Assembly: GCA_002727315.1 (NCBI GenBank)
Contig: PBWR01000009.1
Coordinates: 29,532 to 93,531, forward strand
Direction of reading: 5' to 3'
Source of the DNA: Alphaproteobacteria bacterium
GTDB lineage: Bacteria > Pseudomonadota > Alphaproteobacteria > UBA6615
Length of the DNA stretch: 64,000 nt
Every line of letters begins with the position of its first letter. The first letter of the stretch is position 1. Shown here one piece after another: positions 48,412 to 57,805 of the stretch. A model generated the notes under the pieces. It did not search any database and was not told the DNA's origin. It was given only the letters and a program-made list of their open reading frames with translations. Position numbers and translations under genes: made by a program.

Positions 48412-48430
48412 GTTAATGGTTCTCATTCGC
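48412..48430 (+). promoter_or_regulatory. Candidate Fur-like box upstream of the Fe(III) ABC transporter genes
   Basis: GTTAATGGTTCTCATTCGC matches the 19-bp GATAATGATAATCATTATC consensus at 13/19 positions. It lies 25 nt upstream of the ATG. Confidence 0.35.
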
Positions 48431-48454
48431 AGATAAGTCCTTAGGAAGTTCGCT

Positions 48455-49498
48455 ATGTTAAACCGATCCTGTTTTCTTGCCGCGGCCGGCCTGGCAGCCC
48501 TCACCCTTGGGGCCACTGCCATTGCCAACGAGCAGGCCGCGGTGAACCCCGGAGAGGTCAATGTCTATTCCTATCGCCAGCCGTTCCTGATCCAGCCGAT
48601 GTTCGATGCCTTCACTCGCGAGACCGGCGTGAAGGTGAACGTCGTATTCGCCAAGAAGGGATTGGTGGAACGCCTGAAACAGGAAGGCCGCAACAGCCCG
48701 GCAGACCTGATCTTTACCGTCGATATCGGGCGGTTAAATGACGCCTATGAAAGCGGCGTCACTGATGCCGTCGAGACGGATCATCTGACCAGCGCCATTC
48801 CGGCGGCATTCCGCCAGACCGATGGGCACTGGTACGGCCTCACAAAGCGCGCGCGCATCGTATACGCCTCGAAAGATCGGGTGGCACCGGAAGATGCACC
48901 AAAGGCCTATGAAGAGCTGGCCGATCCGAAATGGGCCGGGCGAATTTGCACCCGCGCGGGCAACCACGTGTATCAGATCGCCCTGACCGCAGCCATGATC
49001 GCCCATCATGGCGAGGCCAAGGCCGAAGAATGGCTGCGCGGCATCAAATCCAATCTCGCGCGCAAACCCCAAGGCAATGACCGGGCCCAGGTGAAGGCGA
49101 TCAACGAGGGCGAGTGCGACATCTCCCTGGGCAACAATTACTACTTCGGCAAGATGCTACAGAACGAGGAGCAGTTTGCCTGGGCCCAGTCCGTCTACCC
49201 CGTGTTTCCCTCCATCGGAGGGAAGGGCACCCATGTCAATATATCTGGCATGGCGCTGACCAAGGCGTCCCCCAACCGGGACAATGGGATAAGACTGATG
49301 GAGTTCCTGACGGGCGATCTGGCCCAGCAGATGTACTCCGAGCAGAACTTCGAGTACCCGATCGTGGCCGGTGTTCCCCAGGCCGGGCTGCTGCGCTCCA
49401 TGGGTGACATGCACCCTGACGACCTGCCGCTCGACCGGATTGCCGCCTATCGAGCCGACGCCTTCAAGCTCGTCGACAAAGTAGGCTACAACGACTAG
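48455..49498 (+). CDS. Fe(III) ABC transporter substrate-binding protein (FbpA/AfuA type)
   Basis: Signal peptide, VNVYSYRQP...ADLIFTVDIGRL...YQIALTAAMI. SD AGGAAG. Confidence 0.9.
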   Translation: MLNRSCFLAAAGLAALTLGATAIANEQAAVNPGEVNVYSYRQPFLIQPMFDAFTRETGVKVNVVFAKKGLVERLKQEGRNSPADLIFTVDIGRLNDAYESGVTDAVETDHLTSAIPAAFRQTDGHWYGLTKRARIVYASKDRVAPEDAPKAYEELADPKWAGRICTRAGNHVYQIALTAAMIAHHGEAKAEEWLRGIKSNLARKPQGNDRAQVKAINEGECDISLGNNYYFGKMLQNEEQFAWAQSVYPVFPSIGGKGTHVNISGMALTKASPNRDNGIRLMEFLTGDLAQQMYSEQNFEYPIVAGVPQAGLLRSMGDMHPDDLPLDRIAAYRADAFKLVDKVGYND

Positions 49499-49520
49499 AC
49501 GAACGGGCAAAGACACCGGG

Positions 49521-51236
49521 ATGATCGCAACAACCGCCAGCGCGCGCATGCCTACGCGCCCCACTTCGGGGCGCGTATGGATTCTGGGAGGATTGATTGT
49601 TGCAGCCATCGCCGCGACCCCGATCGGCGCGATTGTCTTGGTCGCGTTGTTCCCGACGGAGAACATCTGGCCGCACCTGGCCTCGACCGTGCTGCCGCGC
49701 CACAGCTGGAACACGCTACTGCTGATGATAGGAAACGGGATCGGCGTGTTCCTGATCGGCACGACCACAGCTTGGTTGGTCAGCACCTGCGATTTCACCG
49801 GCCGCAAGATCTTCGAATGGGCCCTACTCCTGCCACTGGCGGTCCCTGCTTACATCGTCGCGTTCGTCTACACCGACATCCTGGAGTTCGCGGGCCCAGT
49901 CCAGGGGCTGCTACGCGATATCTTCGGCTGGCAATCCTCGCGCGACTATTGGTTCCCGGAAATCCGCACCATGGGCGGCGCGATTTTCGTCATGTCGTTC
50001 GTGCTCTATCCGTATGTCTATCTGCTCACCCGGGCCTCGTTCCAAGAACAGTCGGCCAGCGTGCTCGAGGTCAGCCGAACGCTTGGGCGCGGGCCGTGGC
50101 AAACATTCTTCACGGTCGCACTGCCGCTCGCCCGTCCGGCCATCGTGGTCGGGATTGCGCTGGCCATGATGGAAACACTTGCCGATTTCGGGACCGTCGA
50201 CTATTTCGCGGTCAACACCCTAACGGTGGCCGTCTTCAATGTCTGGCTCGGCATGGGCAATGCCGGAGGCGCCGCACAAATCGCGCTTGTGATGCTGGGC
50301 TTCGTCATTCTCCTCATCACCCTTGAACGGATCGGACGCCGTGGCCGGCAATACCATCATACCTCGTCGCGTTATCAGGCACCGCCCCGCTACGCGCTGC
50401 GCGGACATCGCCATGTCGGCGCAATCGTGGCCTGTACACTTCCGATTGTGATCGGGTTTCTGATCCCGGCCGGCGTGCTAACGCGCCACGCCATCGTGTT
50501 CTTCGATCAGTCCTGGAACCTCGCCTTCTTCGCGCTCGCGCGCAACAGCCTAACCCTGTCTGCCGTGGCCGCGTTCGCCGCCGTCTCGATCGCCGTGTTC
50601 CTCGCCTACGGCCGGCGGCTGTCGGGAAAGGGGTTCGGTGTGCTGTCCCGGGTCGCGCTCCTGGGTTATGCCGTGCCCGGCGCCGTGCTGGCGGTCGGCG
50701 TGCTGATTCCCTTCGCCCGGCTCGACAATGCCGTCGACGCCCTGGCGCGTGAGTGGTTCGGGGTTTCCACCGGGCTGATCCTCAGTGGCACCATCTTCGC
50801 GTTGGTCTTCGCTTACGTCGTGCGGTTTCTCGCCGTCGGGTTCGGTGCAGTCGAGGCAAGCCTGGGCAAAATCAGACCGTCGATGGACATGGCCGCCCGC
50901 AGCCTGGGGGCCGGGCCGGCGCGCACGCTCTGGCGCATTCACATGCCCCTGGTGCGCGGTAGTATGGTAGCGGCGGCAACCATTGTCTTCGTCGACAGTA
51001 TGAAGGAATTGCCCGCGACCCTGATCCTGCGGCCGTTCAACTTCGACACGCTGGCGACCCATGTCTACCAGTTCGCGTCGGACGAACTGCTCGAACAAAG
51101 CGCATTGTCGGCCCTGTCGATCGTCCTCGCCGGTGTCCTGCCGGTGATCATTCTCAGCCGGGCCATTCGTTACACCGGGCCCGGCACGCGCGTCGGCGTT
51201 TTGTCCGATGTCACAACGGGCACCACACGGCCCTAG
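49521..51236 (+). CDS. Fe(III) ABC transporter permease (duplicated two-domain FbpB type)
   Basis: 571 aa, 12 or more hydrophobic spans, two EAA-like loops (VSRTLGRGPWQTFFTVALPLARP and AARSLGAGPARTLWRIHMPLVRG). Confidence 0.9.
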   Translation: MIATTASARMPTRPTSGRVWILGGLIVAAIAATPIGAIVLVALFPTENIWPHLASTVLPRHSWNTLLLMIGNGIGVFLIGTTTAWLVSTCDFTGRKIFEWALLLPLAVPAYIVAFVYTDILEFAGPVQGLLRDIFGWQSSRDYWFPEIRTMGGAIFVMSFVLYPYVYLLTRASFQEQSASVLEVSRTLGRGPWQTFFTVALPLARPAIVVGIALAMMETLADFGTVDYFAVNTLTVAVFNVWLGMGNAGGAAQIALVMLGFVILLITLERIGRRGRQYHHTSSRYQAPPRYALRGHRHVGAIVACTLPIVIGFLIPAGVLTRHAIVFFDQSWNLAFFALARNSLTLSAVAAFAAVSIAVFLAYGRRLSGKGFGVLSRVALLGYAVPGAVLAVGVLIPFARLDNAVDALAREWFGVSTGLILSGTIFALVFAYVVRFLAVGFGAVEASLGKIRPSMDMAARSLGAGPARTLWRIHMPLVRGSMVAAATIVFVDSMKELPATLILRPFNFDTLATHVYQFASDELLEQSALSALSIVLAGVLPVIILSRAIRYTGPGTRVGVLSDVTTGTTRP

Positions 51237-51246
51237 GGCACAGCGC

Positions 51247-51687
51247 TCAGATCAGCCCCAGCTCCCGGAGCTCGGCGGCCATTTCCGGCGGCGGCTCGCG
51301 CTCCGCCTTGGCACCTGACGGCAGGTCCGCCGGAGCGTTTTCCGGTTCCAGGTAACGCCAGCCCTGAAACGGACGCGAGCGCTTCGATTGCACGCGCACG
51401 AGCTTCCGATCCAGGTGAATGGCACATCGCGGTGTCCCGTCCTTCCCGGTCGCCGGCTCTATCGCGGTGATCCGCTGCCGCACCAGAATCCGCCCACGAA
51501 TTACCCAATAGAGCGACCCGCCATTTTCCAAGATCTCATCGCCGCGGCGCGGTGTGTTGCGCGTGAGAATACGAAGGACCGGCCCGTCCCCGGCGGCCTT
51601 GCGTTCGGCGATGCGCTGTTTCTGGCGCTCGCGCAAATGATCGATGGATTCAATGCTAACGGCGAGCTTTACGAGATGAACGGACAT
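51247..51687 (-). CDS. DUF1489-family protein
   Basis: MSVHLVKLAV..., LYWVIRG, PFQGWRYLE pattern as I recall for DUF1489. Confidence 0.75.
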   Translation of the reverse strand: MSVHLVKLAVSIESIDHLRERQKQRIAERKAAGDGPVLRILTRNTPRRGDEILENGGSLYWVIRGRILVRQRITAIEPATGKDGTPRCAIHLDRKLVRVQSKRSRPFQGWRYLEPENAPADLPSGAKAEREPPPEMAAELRELGLI

Positions 51688-52136
51688 GGCCGCACAATAG
51701 CAGCGGCCTGCAGGACGGTGAACTGGCGCCTGTGGTTAACCCGCCATCCGATCCACAAGAACGACAAGAGATTCGACGAGATCGCTTCCGACCTTGCCAC
51801 CCTTGCCCTCGCCCTTGTTCTTGATGATCGCGCGAGTTGCACCCGCTCCTCGTCGGAATAGGCGGAAATCATGATGATCGGGATGTAGGGATTGGGACTC
51901 TGGTGCGATGTCCGGATCATGTCGACCAAGTCGAGGCCGCTGATCGGCTCCATTTGATAATCGGTGAACACCAGATCGTAGTCGAGACGGCAAAGGGAAT
52001 CGAAGCCCGAGACTACCTCCTCGGCCAAACCGATGGCGCGGATGCCGACAGCATAGAGAATCGTGCGCAACAACTGCCGGATATGGGCGTAGTCGTCGAC
52101 GATCAGGATCCGCAAACTCTCAAGCTGGTAACTCAA
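51669..52136 (-). CDS. Single-domain response regulator (receiver); the 3' third is possibly frameshifted
   Basis: LRILIVDDYAHIRQLL, phospho-acceptor region DLVFTDYQM, beta4 PIIMISAY. The annotated C-terminus is Arg-rich with rare codons. The beta5-like GATRAIIK is in another frame (see findings). Confidence 0.7.
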   Translation of the reverse strand: MSYQLESLRILIVDDYAHIRQLLRTILYAVGIRAIGLAEEVVSGFDSLCRLDYDLVFTDYQMEPISGLDLVDMIRTSHQSPNPYIPIIMISAYSDEERVQLARSSRTRARARVARSEAISSNLLSFLWIGWRVNHRRQFTVLQAAAIVRPCPFIS

Positions 52137-52253
52137 ACCCGCTACCCTCTATGGCCACAACGACGGGCGCGGCAAGCATTTGCCGACGCATCGGCAAGCC
52201 TAGGGATTAATGGTTTCCTAAAGGTTTACGGCGAAACGCCGATTTTCCGCGAT

Positions 52254-53159
52254 CTATCCGGCATTTGCCTGGATTGCCTGGGCCGCCTTGGAGGTCGGCT
52301 CCCGTCCCAGGGCTTCACAGATAAACCGCCCCGCATCCACAAGGGCTGTCATATCGACACCGGTCTCGATATCCATGCCGTCAAGCATGTAGACCACATC
52401 CTCGGTGGCGACATTGCCGGATGCGCCGGGCGCATACGGACAGCCGCCCAGGCCGGCAACAGCACAATCCAGTGTGGCGACCCCGGCATCCAGGCACGCC
52501 AGGATATTCGCCAATGCCTGCCCGTAAGTGTCATGGAAATGCAACGCGAGACGGTCAACCGGCACCACCTCGGACACCGCATCGATCATAGCCCGTGCGC
52601 GGGCCGGGGTGCCCACGCCGATGGTATCCCCCAAGCTGATCTCGTAGCAGGACATGGCGTCAAGCTCGCGCGCAACCCGCACCACATTTTCCATCGGTAC
52701 TTCGCCCTCGTACGGACAGCCCAGCACGCAGGAAATATAGCCGCGAACCCGCATGCCGGCAGCCAGCGCAGCCTCCGCGACGGCGCAAAACCGTTCCAGG
52801 CTCTCCTCGATCGAACAGTTAATGTTCTTTTGGGAAAAGGTCTCAGAGGCAGCGCCGAAGATCGCGATCTCCTCGACCCGCGATGTGATTGCGCCCTCCA
52901 GACCCCGGGCGTTCGGCACCAGAACCGGATATCGTGTCCCTGGCCGGCGCTGGATGCCCGCCAGCACGTCGGCCGTATCGGCCATTTGCGGTACCCATTT
53001 GGGAGACACGAAGGCGCCCGCCTCCACCGCCGGCAATCCCGCCGCGGAGAGACGGTCTATCAGCTCGATCTTGTCGGCCGTCGACACTTTCCCCGGTTCG
53101 GCCTGCAACCCGTCACGGGGGGCCACATCCACGATTTCAACTCGACTGGGTCGGCTCAT
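52254..53159 (-). CDS. Hydroxymethylglutaryl-CoA lyase (LiuE/MvaB type)
   Basis: VEIVDVAPRDGLQ and full-length HMGL-like sequence. The ATG at 53159 lies 1 nt after the mccA stop. Confidence 0.9.
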   Translation of the reverse strand: MSRPSRVEIVDVAPRDGLQAEPGKVSTADKIELIDRLSAAGLPAVEAGAFVSPKWVPQMADTADVLAGIQRRPGTRYPVLVPNARGLEGAITSRVEEIAIFGAASETFSQKNINCSIEESLERFCAVAEAALAAGMRVRGYISCVLGCPYEGEVPMENVVRVARELDAMSCYEISLGDTIGVGTPARARAMIDAVSEVVPVDRLALHFHDTYGQALANILACLDAGVATLDCAVAGLGGCPYAPGASGNVATEDVVYMLDGMDIETGVDMTALVDAGRFICEALGREPTSKAAQAIQANAG

Positions 53160-53160
53160 A

Positions 53161-55140
53161 TCATCCGTCCAATGGTTCGAGGCGCAGCAATTCCGCGCCC
53201 TCGTCAACCTGGTCTCCCTCGGCGTGGAACAGTTCGCCGACGATGCCTACACCCGGCGCCGTGATCGCGTGCTCCATCTTCATCGCCTCAAGCACCATCA
53301 GCGCCTGGCCCTGCTGCACCTGATCGCCCGCCTCAACCATCACCCGGACGACCTTCCCGGGCATGGGCGCGTTCAATCCGCCGGCCGCACCCGAGCGCGA
53401 TTCGGCCTCTTCCACCGGGACGATCCGGTCGAGGCGCACCTGGGTACCGGCCTGCACGGCATACAATGTGTGTCCGTGCTGGAATGTACGCCACGGCGTC
53501 GGTGCGGCCGGAAGTCCGGCGTCTGTCCCGTCGGGAAGCACGAGATTTGTCACAGTACCGCTCCGCAACACGCCGACGGCAAGTTCCTCGTCACCATCGC
53601 GGAAACGCAGTTCTTCACGCGAGCGCAAGTTGGCGCGCCACCCATCCGCAGCCGCCCACGGTGAATTCGCCTCCCCACGTGCTGCCGCCCGCCGTCGCTC
53701 ATCCTCGCCGCGGACAGCCAGAATATGGGCCGCGATGGACGTGAGTGCCTCCCGGGCCTGTTCCGGGGCGGTTCCGATCAGGTCGTCGCCGTGGCGGTCG
53801 ATGAACCCGGTGTCGATCTCCGCGGCGACGAATGCCGGATGGGTCACCGCGCGGCGCAGGAACGCCTGGTTGGTTGTCGGCCCGGCGCACACCAGGTCGG
53901 CCAGGGCGCTGTCGAGCGCCGCGATCGCCGCATCGCGATCATCACCATGGGCGATGACCTTGGCGATCATGGGGTCGTAGGCGACGGCAATATCGTCGCC
54001 GGACGCGACACCGGTATCGACGCGGACGGATGCGCCACCACCCGGGTGTTCGAATGCCACGACATGGCCCGGGGCAGGCAGGAAATCCCGCTGCGGGTCT
54101 TCGGCATAAAGACGCGCTTCGATTGCATGCCCCTTGAGCTCGATCTGGTCCTGGGACAAGGGGAGCGACTCCCCATCGGCCACCCGCAACTGCCATTCAA
54201 CCAGGTCCAGCCCGGTGATCATCTCGGTCACCGGGTGCTCGACCTGGAGTCGCGTGTTCATTTCCATGAAATAGAAAGCGCCATTAGCGCCGCCGTCCGC
54301 CGCATCGACGATGAACTCGACCGTCCCGGCCCCCGAATAATCGATCGCCTGTGCGGCCGCGACCGCCACGGCGCCGATCTCGGCCCTCCGTTCCGCGCTC
54401 ATGCCCGGTGCCGGCGCTTCCTCGACCACCTTCTGGTAGCGCCGCTGCAGCGAACAATCGCGCTCGAATAGATGCACCACATGGCCATGATCGTCGCCGA
54501 ACACCTGCACCTCGATGTGCCGTGGTGTCGTCAGATACTTCTCGATCAGCATCTTGTCGTTGCCGAAGGCGCCTTGTGCTTCCCGCTGGGCCGAGGCGAG
54601 CGCATCGGCGAAATCATCCGCGCTGTCGACGATCCGCATGCCGTGTCCGCCGCCGCCCGCCGACGCCTTGATCAGCACCGGATAACCGATCTCCCCGGCC
54701 TGGGCCGCCAGATGGTCGGGGTCCTGTTCATCGCCATGATATCCGGGCACCAGCGGTACGCCGGCCTTGCCCATGACCTCTTTCGACGCCGCCTTGTCCC
54801 CCATCGCGCGCATGGCCGCGGCGCTAGGACCCACCAAGCGGATGCCGGCCTGGGCGCACGCCTCGGCGAAGAGCGCATTCTCCGACAGGAACCCGTAGCC
54901 GGGGTGAATGGCGTCGGCATTGGTCTGCCGCGCAGCCGCAATGACGGCCTCGATGTTGAGATAGCTCTCCGAGGCCGCCTCCGGGCCGATATGGACGGCC
55001 TCGTCAGCCGCGGCGACATGCATGGCGGCGTCATCGGTGTCGGAATAGACCGCGATCACATGAACTCCGATGCGGCGCGCCGTTCGCGCGACCCGGACCG
55101 CGATCTCGCCGCGGTTGGCGATGAGCAATCGTTTGATCAT
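53161..55140 (-). CDS. mccA: 3-methylcrotonyl-CoA carboxylase alpha (biotin-carrying) subunit
   Basis: [17 protein letters not shown] biotin carboxylase plus a C-terminal biotinyl domain (VLEAMKMEH). It sits in a liu-type cluster. Confidence 0.9.
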   Translation of the reverse strand: MIKRLLIANRGEIAVRVARTARRIGVHVIAVYSDTDDAAMHVAAADEAVHIGPEAASESYLNIEAVIAAARQTNADAIHPGYGFLSENALFAEACAQAGIRLVGPSAAAMRAMGDKAASKEVMGKAGVPLVPGYHGDEQDPDHLAAQAGEIGYPVLIKASAGGGGHGMRIVDSADDFADALASAQREAQGAFGNDKMLIEKYLTTPRHIEVQVFGDDHGHVVHLFERDCSLQRRYQKVVEEAPAPGMSAERRAEIGAVAVAAAQAIDYSGAGTVEFIVDAADGGANGAFYFMEMNTRLQVEHPVTEMITGLDLVEWQLRVADGESLPLSQDQIELKGHAIEARLYAEDPQRDFLPAPGHVVAFEHPGGGASVRVDTGVASGDDIAVAYDPMIAKVIAHGDDRDAAIAALDSALADLVCAGPTTNQAFLRRAVTHPAFVAAEIDTGFIDRHGDDLIGTAPEQAREALTSIAAHILAVRGEDERRRAAARGEANSPWAAADGWRANLRSREELRFRDGDEELAVGVLRSGTVTNLVLPDGTDAGLPAAPTPWRTFQHGHTLYAVQAGTQVRLDRIVPVEEAESRSGAAGGLNAPMPGKVVRVMVEAGDQVQQGQALMVLEAMKMEHAITAPGVGIVGELFHAEGDQVDEGAELLRLEPLDG

Positions 55141-55334
55141 TGGTCAGTACCTCGCCGGTCGTCGGATTCACCCACATAACGCATAATTTCGGCGAGGCCG
55201 AACAGGAACAACAGGATGCCCAGCATGACGATCGTCAGCATACCGAAGTAGTCGGTCACGCCGATCGCGACCAGCAGCACGATGACCGCCGAGAAAGCCA
55301 CCGCCCCCAGCCAACTCCGATGGCTGATTCCCAC
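55137..55334 (-). CDS. Small two-TM membrane protein between liuC and mccA (65-74 aa)
   Basis: WLGAVAFSAVIVLLVAIGV and MLTIVMLGILLFLFGLA hydrophobic spans. GC3-rich codons. The stop overlaps the mccA ATG (ATGA). Start is GTG at 55334 (no overlap) or GTG at 55361. Confidence 0.5.
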   Translation of the reverse strand: MGISHRSWLGAVAFSAVIVLLVAIGVTDYFGMLTIVMLGILLFLFGLAEIMRYVGESDDRRGTDQ

Positions 55335-55336
55335 GC

Positions 55337-56134
55337 TTACGACTTTGTCGTCATCCGCCACGACGGCTCCCGTTTTTCAAGAAAGGCACGAACACCCTCG
55401 CGCCCCTCCTCTGTGGCACGAATGTCGGCGATCCGGCGCGCGGTGTCCTCGGTCATGGCGTCATCCACCGGCCCCGAAGCGACCCGTCGGATCAGGCCCT
55501 TCGATGCGGCCATCGCATTGGGGCCGTTGGCCAGCAGCAGTTCCACGAGCTCGTCGATCCGGTGGTCAAGCCGCTCGCGCGGCACGACCTCGTGCACCAG
55601 TCCGAGGATATGGGCTTCGTCGGCGTCGAACCGTTCGGCCGTCTGGAAATAGCGGCGCGCGGCCCGCGCGCCGATCGCCTCGACCACAAAGGGGCTGATC
55701 ACCGACGGGATCAATCCGAGGCGGGCCTCCGACAGGCAAAAACTGGCCGCCTGGGATGCCAGCGCGATGTCGCACGCCGCGACAAGACCCACGCCGCCGC
55801 CGAACGCCGCGCCCTGCACCCGCGCGATGGTCGGTTTCGGCAATTCGTTGAGACTGCGCACCATCGCGGCAAGCTTGCGTGCATCCGCCAGGTTCTCCAC
55901 TTCCGAATAGTCCGCCATGCGCTGCATCCAGCCGAGATCGGCCCCGGCGGAGAAACTCTTTCCCTCGCCCTGGAGAATGACGACCCGGACGGAATCGTCC
56001 GCGCCCGTCGCCTCGAACATCTCGCTCAGGTCCGAGATCAGGAAATCGTCGAAGGCATTGTGCTTCTCCGGCCGCGCCATGGTGATGCGCGCCACACCGC
56101 CATCCTGTTCCAGTTTGATCGCTTCGCTGGCCAT
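55337..56134 (-). CDS. Enoyl-CoA hydratase family protein (methylglutaconyl-CoA hydratase, LiuC-like)
   Basis: Crotonase fold (VVILQGEGKSFSAGADL) and a position between the mccB and mccA genes. Confidence 0.85.
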   Translation of the reverse strand: MASEAIKLEQDGGVARITMARPEKHNAFDDFLISDLSEMFEATGADDSVRVVILQGEGKSFSAGADLGWMQRMADYSEVENLADARKLAAMVRSLNELPKPTIARVQGAAFGGGVGLVAACDIALASQAASFCLSEARLGLIPSVISPFVVEAIGARAARRYFQTAERFDADEAHILGLVHEVVPRERLDHRIDELVELLLANGPNAMAASKGLIRRVASGPVDDAMTEDTARRIADIRATEEGREGVRAFLEKREPSWRMTTKS

Positions 56135-56138
56135 AGCG

Positions 56139-57746
56139 CTACATCCTGAACACGCCGAAGCGCGTTTCCTCTATCGGGGCGTTCAGCGCCGCAGACAACC
56201 CAAGCCCGAGTACGCGCCGCGTGTCGACCGGGTCGATGATCCCGTCGTCCCACAATCTGGCGCTGGCGTAATAGGGATGCCCCTGGTGTTCATACTGGTC
56301 TTCGATCGGTTGCTTGAACGCCGCCTCGTCGTCCTCGCTCCAGGTCTCGCCGCGGCCTTCGATATTGTCGCGGCGCACTTGGGCCAGGACATTGGCAGCC
56401 TGCGGACCGCCCATGACCGAAATGCGCGCGTTCGGCCACATCCACAGGAAGCGGGGGCTGTAGGCGCGGCCACACATACCGTAATTGCCCGCTCCGAAGC
56501 TGCCGCCGATGATCACCGTGAACTTGGGTACGTTGGCACAGGCCACGGCGGTGACCATCTTGGCGCCATCTTTGGCGATGCCGCCGGTCTCGTATTTCTG
56601 GCCGACCATGAAGCCGGAAATATTCTGCAGGAACACCAGCGGGATGCCGCGCTGGCTACACAGTTCGATGAAATGGGCGCCCTTGAGCGCGGATTCCGAA
56701 AACAGGATGCCGTTGTTCGCCACGATCCCGACCGGATAGCCGTGGATTCGTGTGACGCCGGTGACCAGCGTATCGCCATAGCACGCCTTGAACTCATCGA
56801 ATTCACTGCCGTCGACGATCCGCGCGATTACCTCGCGCACGTCATAGGGCTTGCGGATATCGGCGTTCACGAGCCCGTAAAGCTCTTCCGCCGAATACAG
56901 CGGATCGCGCGGCTCACCCATCTCCACGCCGACCTGCTTGGGCCGGTTCAGATTAGCGACGATCCGGCGCACGATCGACAGGGCGTGGGTGTCATCGTCG
57001 GCCATGTGGTCCGCCACGCCGCTGATCCGCGTGTGCACATCCGCCCCGCCCAGATCCTCGGCCGAGACGATCTCGCCGGTCGCCGCCTTCACAAGCGGCG
57101 GGCCGGCCAGGAATATCGTGCCCTGATCCTTGACGATGATCGCCTCGTCGGACATCGCGGGAACATAGGCGCCGCCGGCCGTGCACGAACCCATCACCGC
57201 CGCAATCTGGGGAATCCCCTCCGACGACATGGTCGCCTGGTTGTAGAAGATGCGCCCGAAGTGGTCCCGGTCGGGGAACACATCGTCCTGCTGCGGCAGG
57301 TTCGCACCGCCAGAATCGACCAGGTAGATGCATGGCAGGTTGTTCTGGCGCGCAATCTCCTGGGCGCGCAGGTGCTTCTTCACCGTGACCGGGTAATAGG
57401 TGCCACCCTTTACCGTGGCGTCATTGACGACGATGACGCATTCCCGGCCCGACACACGGCCGATCCCGGTCAGGATGCCGCCGGCGGGAATGACATCCTC
57501 GTACATCTCCCAGCCCGCGAACTGGGAGAATTCGAGAAAGGGTGCGCCCTCGTCCAGCAGCGTGTCGATGCGGTCGCGCGGCAACAGCTTGCCCCGCCCG
57601 AGATGGCGTTCGCGGGCACGCTCGCCGCCACCCTGTTCGATCTGCCTGGCCTTGTCGCGCAGATCGTCGACCACGGCCTGCATCGCAGCGGTGTTCTCGG
57701 TGAACAGTTCCGAGCGGGGATCGAGGCTAGATTTGAGGACGGTCAT
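56139..57746 (-). CDS. mccB: 3-methylcrotonyl-CoA carboxylase beta (carboxyltransferase) subunit
   Basis: 535 aa with full-length carboxyltransferase sequence ([26 protein letters not shown]). Confidence 0.9.
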   Translation of the reverse strand: MTVLKSSLDPRSELFTENTAAMQAVVDDLRDKARQIEQGGGERARERHLGRGKLLPRDRIDTLLDEGAPFLEFSQFAGWEMYEDVIPAGGILTGIGRVSGRECVIVVNDATVKGGTYYPVTVKKHLRAQEIARQNNLPCIYLVDSGGANLPQQDDVFPDRDHFGRIFYNQATMSSEGIPQIAAVMGSCTAGGAYVPAMSDEAIIVKDQGTIFLAGPPLVKAATGEIVSAEDLGGADVHTRISGVADHMADDDTHALSIVRRIVANLNRPKQVGVEMGEPRDPLYSAEELYGLVNADIRKPYDVREVIARIVDGSEFDEFKACYGDTLVTGVTRIHGYPVGIVANNGILFSESALKGAHFIELCSQRGIPLVFLQNISGFMVGQKYETGGIAKDGAKMVTAVACANVPKFTVIIGGSFGAGNYGMCGRAYSPRFLWMWPNARISVMGGPQAANVLAQVRRDNIEGRGETWSEDDEAAFKQPIEDQYEHQGHPYYASARLWDDGIIDPVDTRRVLGLGLSAALNAPIEETRFGVFRM

Positions 57747-57805
57747 CGTGAAATGCTCCGTAAAGCTGGCTTCCGGCCCTCGCCGGCTGTGCTAAAAGCG
57801 CACTC

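Noticed and set aside
51837-53264. 475-aa plus-strand ORF over the HMG-CoA lyase and response regulator genes
   Set aside because: It is antisense to two recognisable genes and has the low-complexity composition of a shadow ORF.
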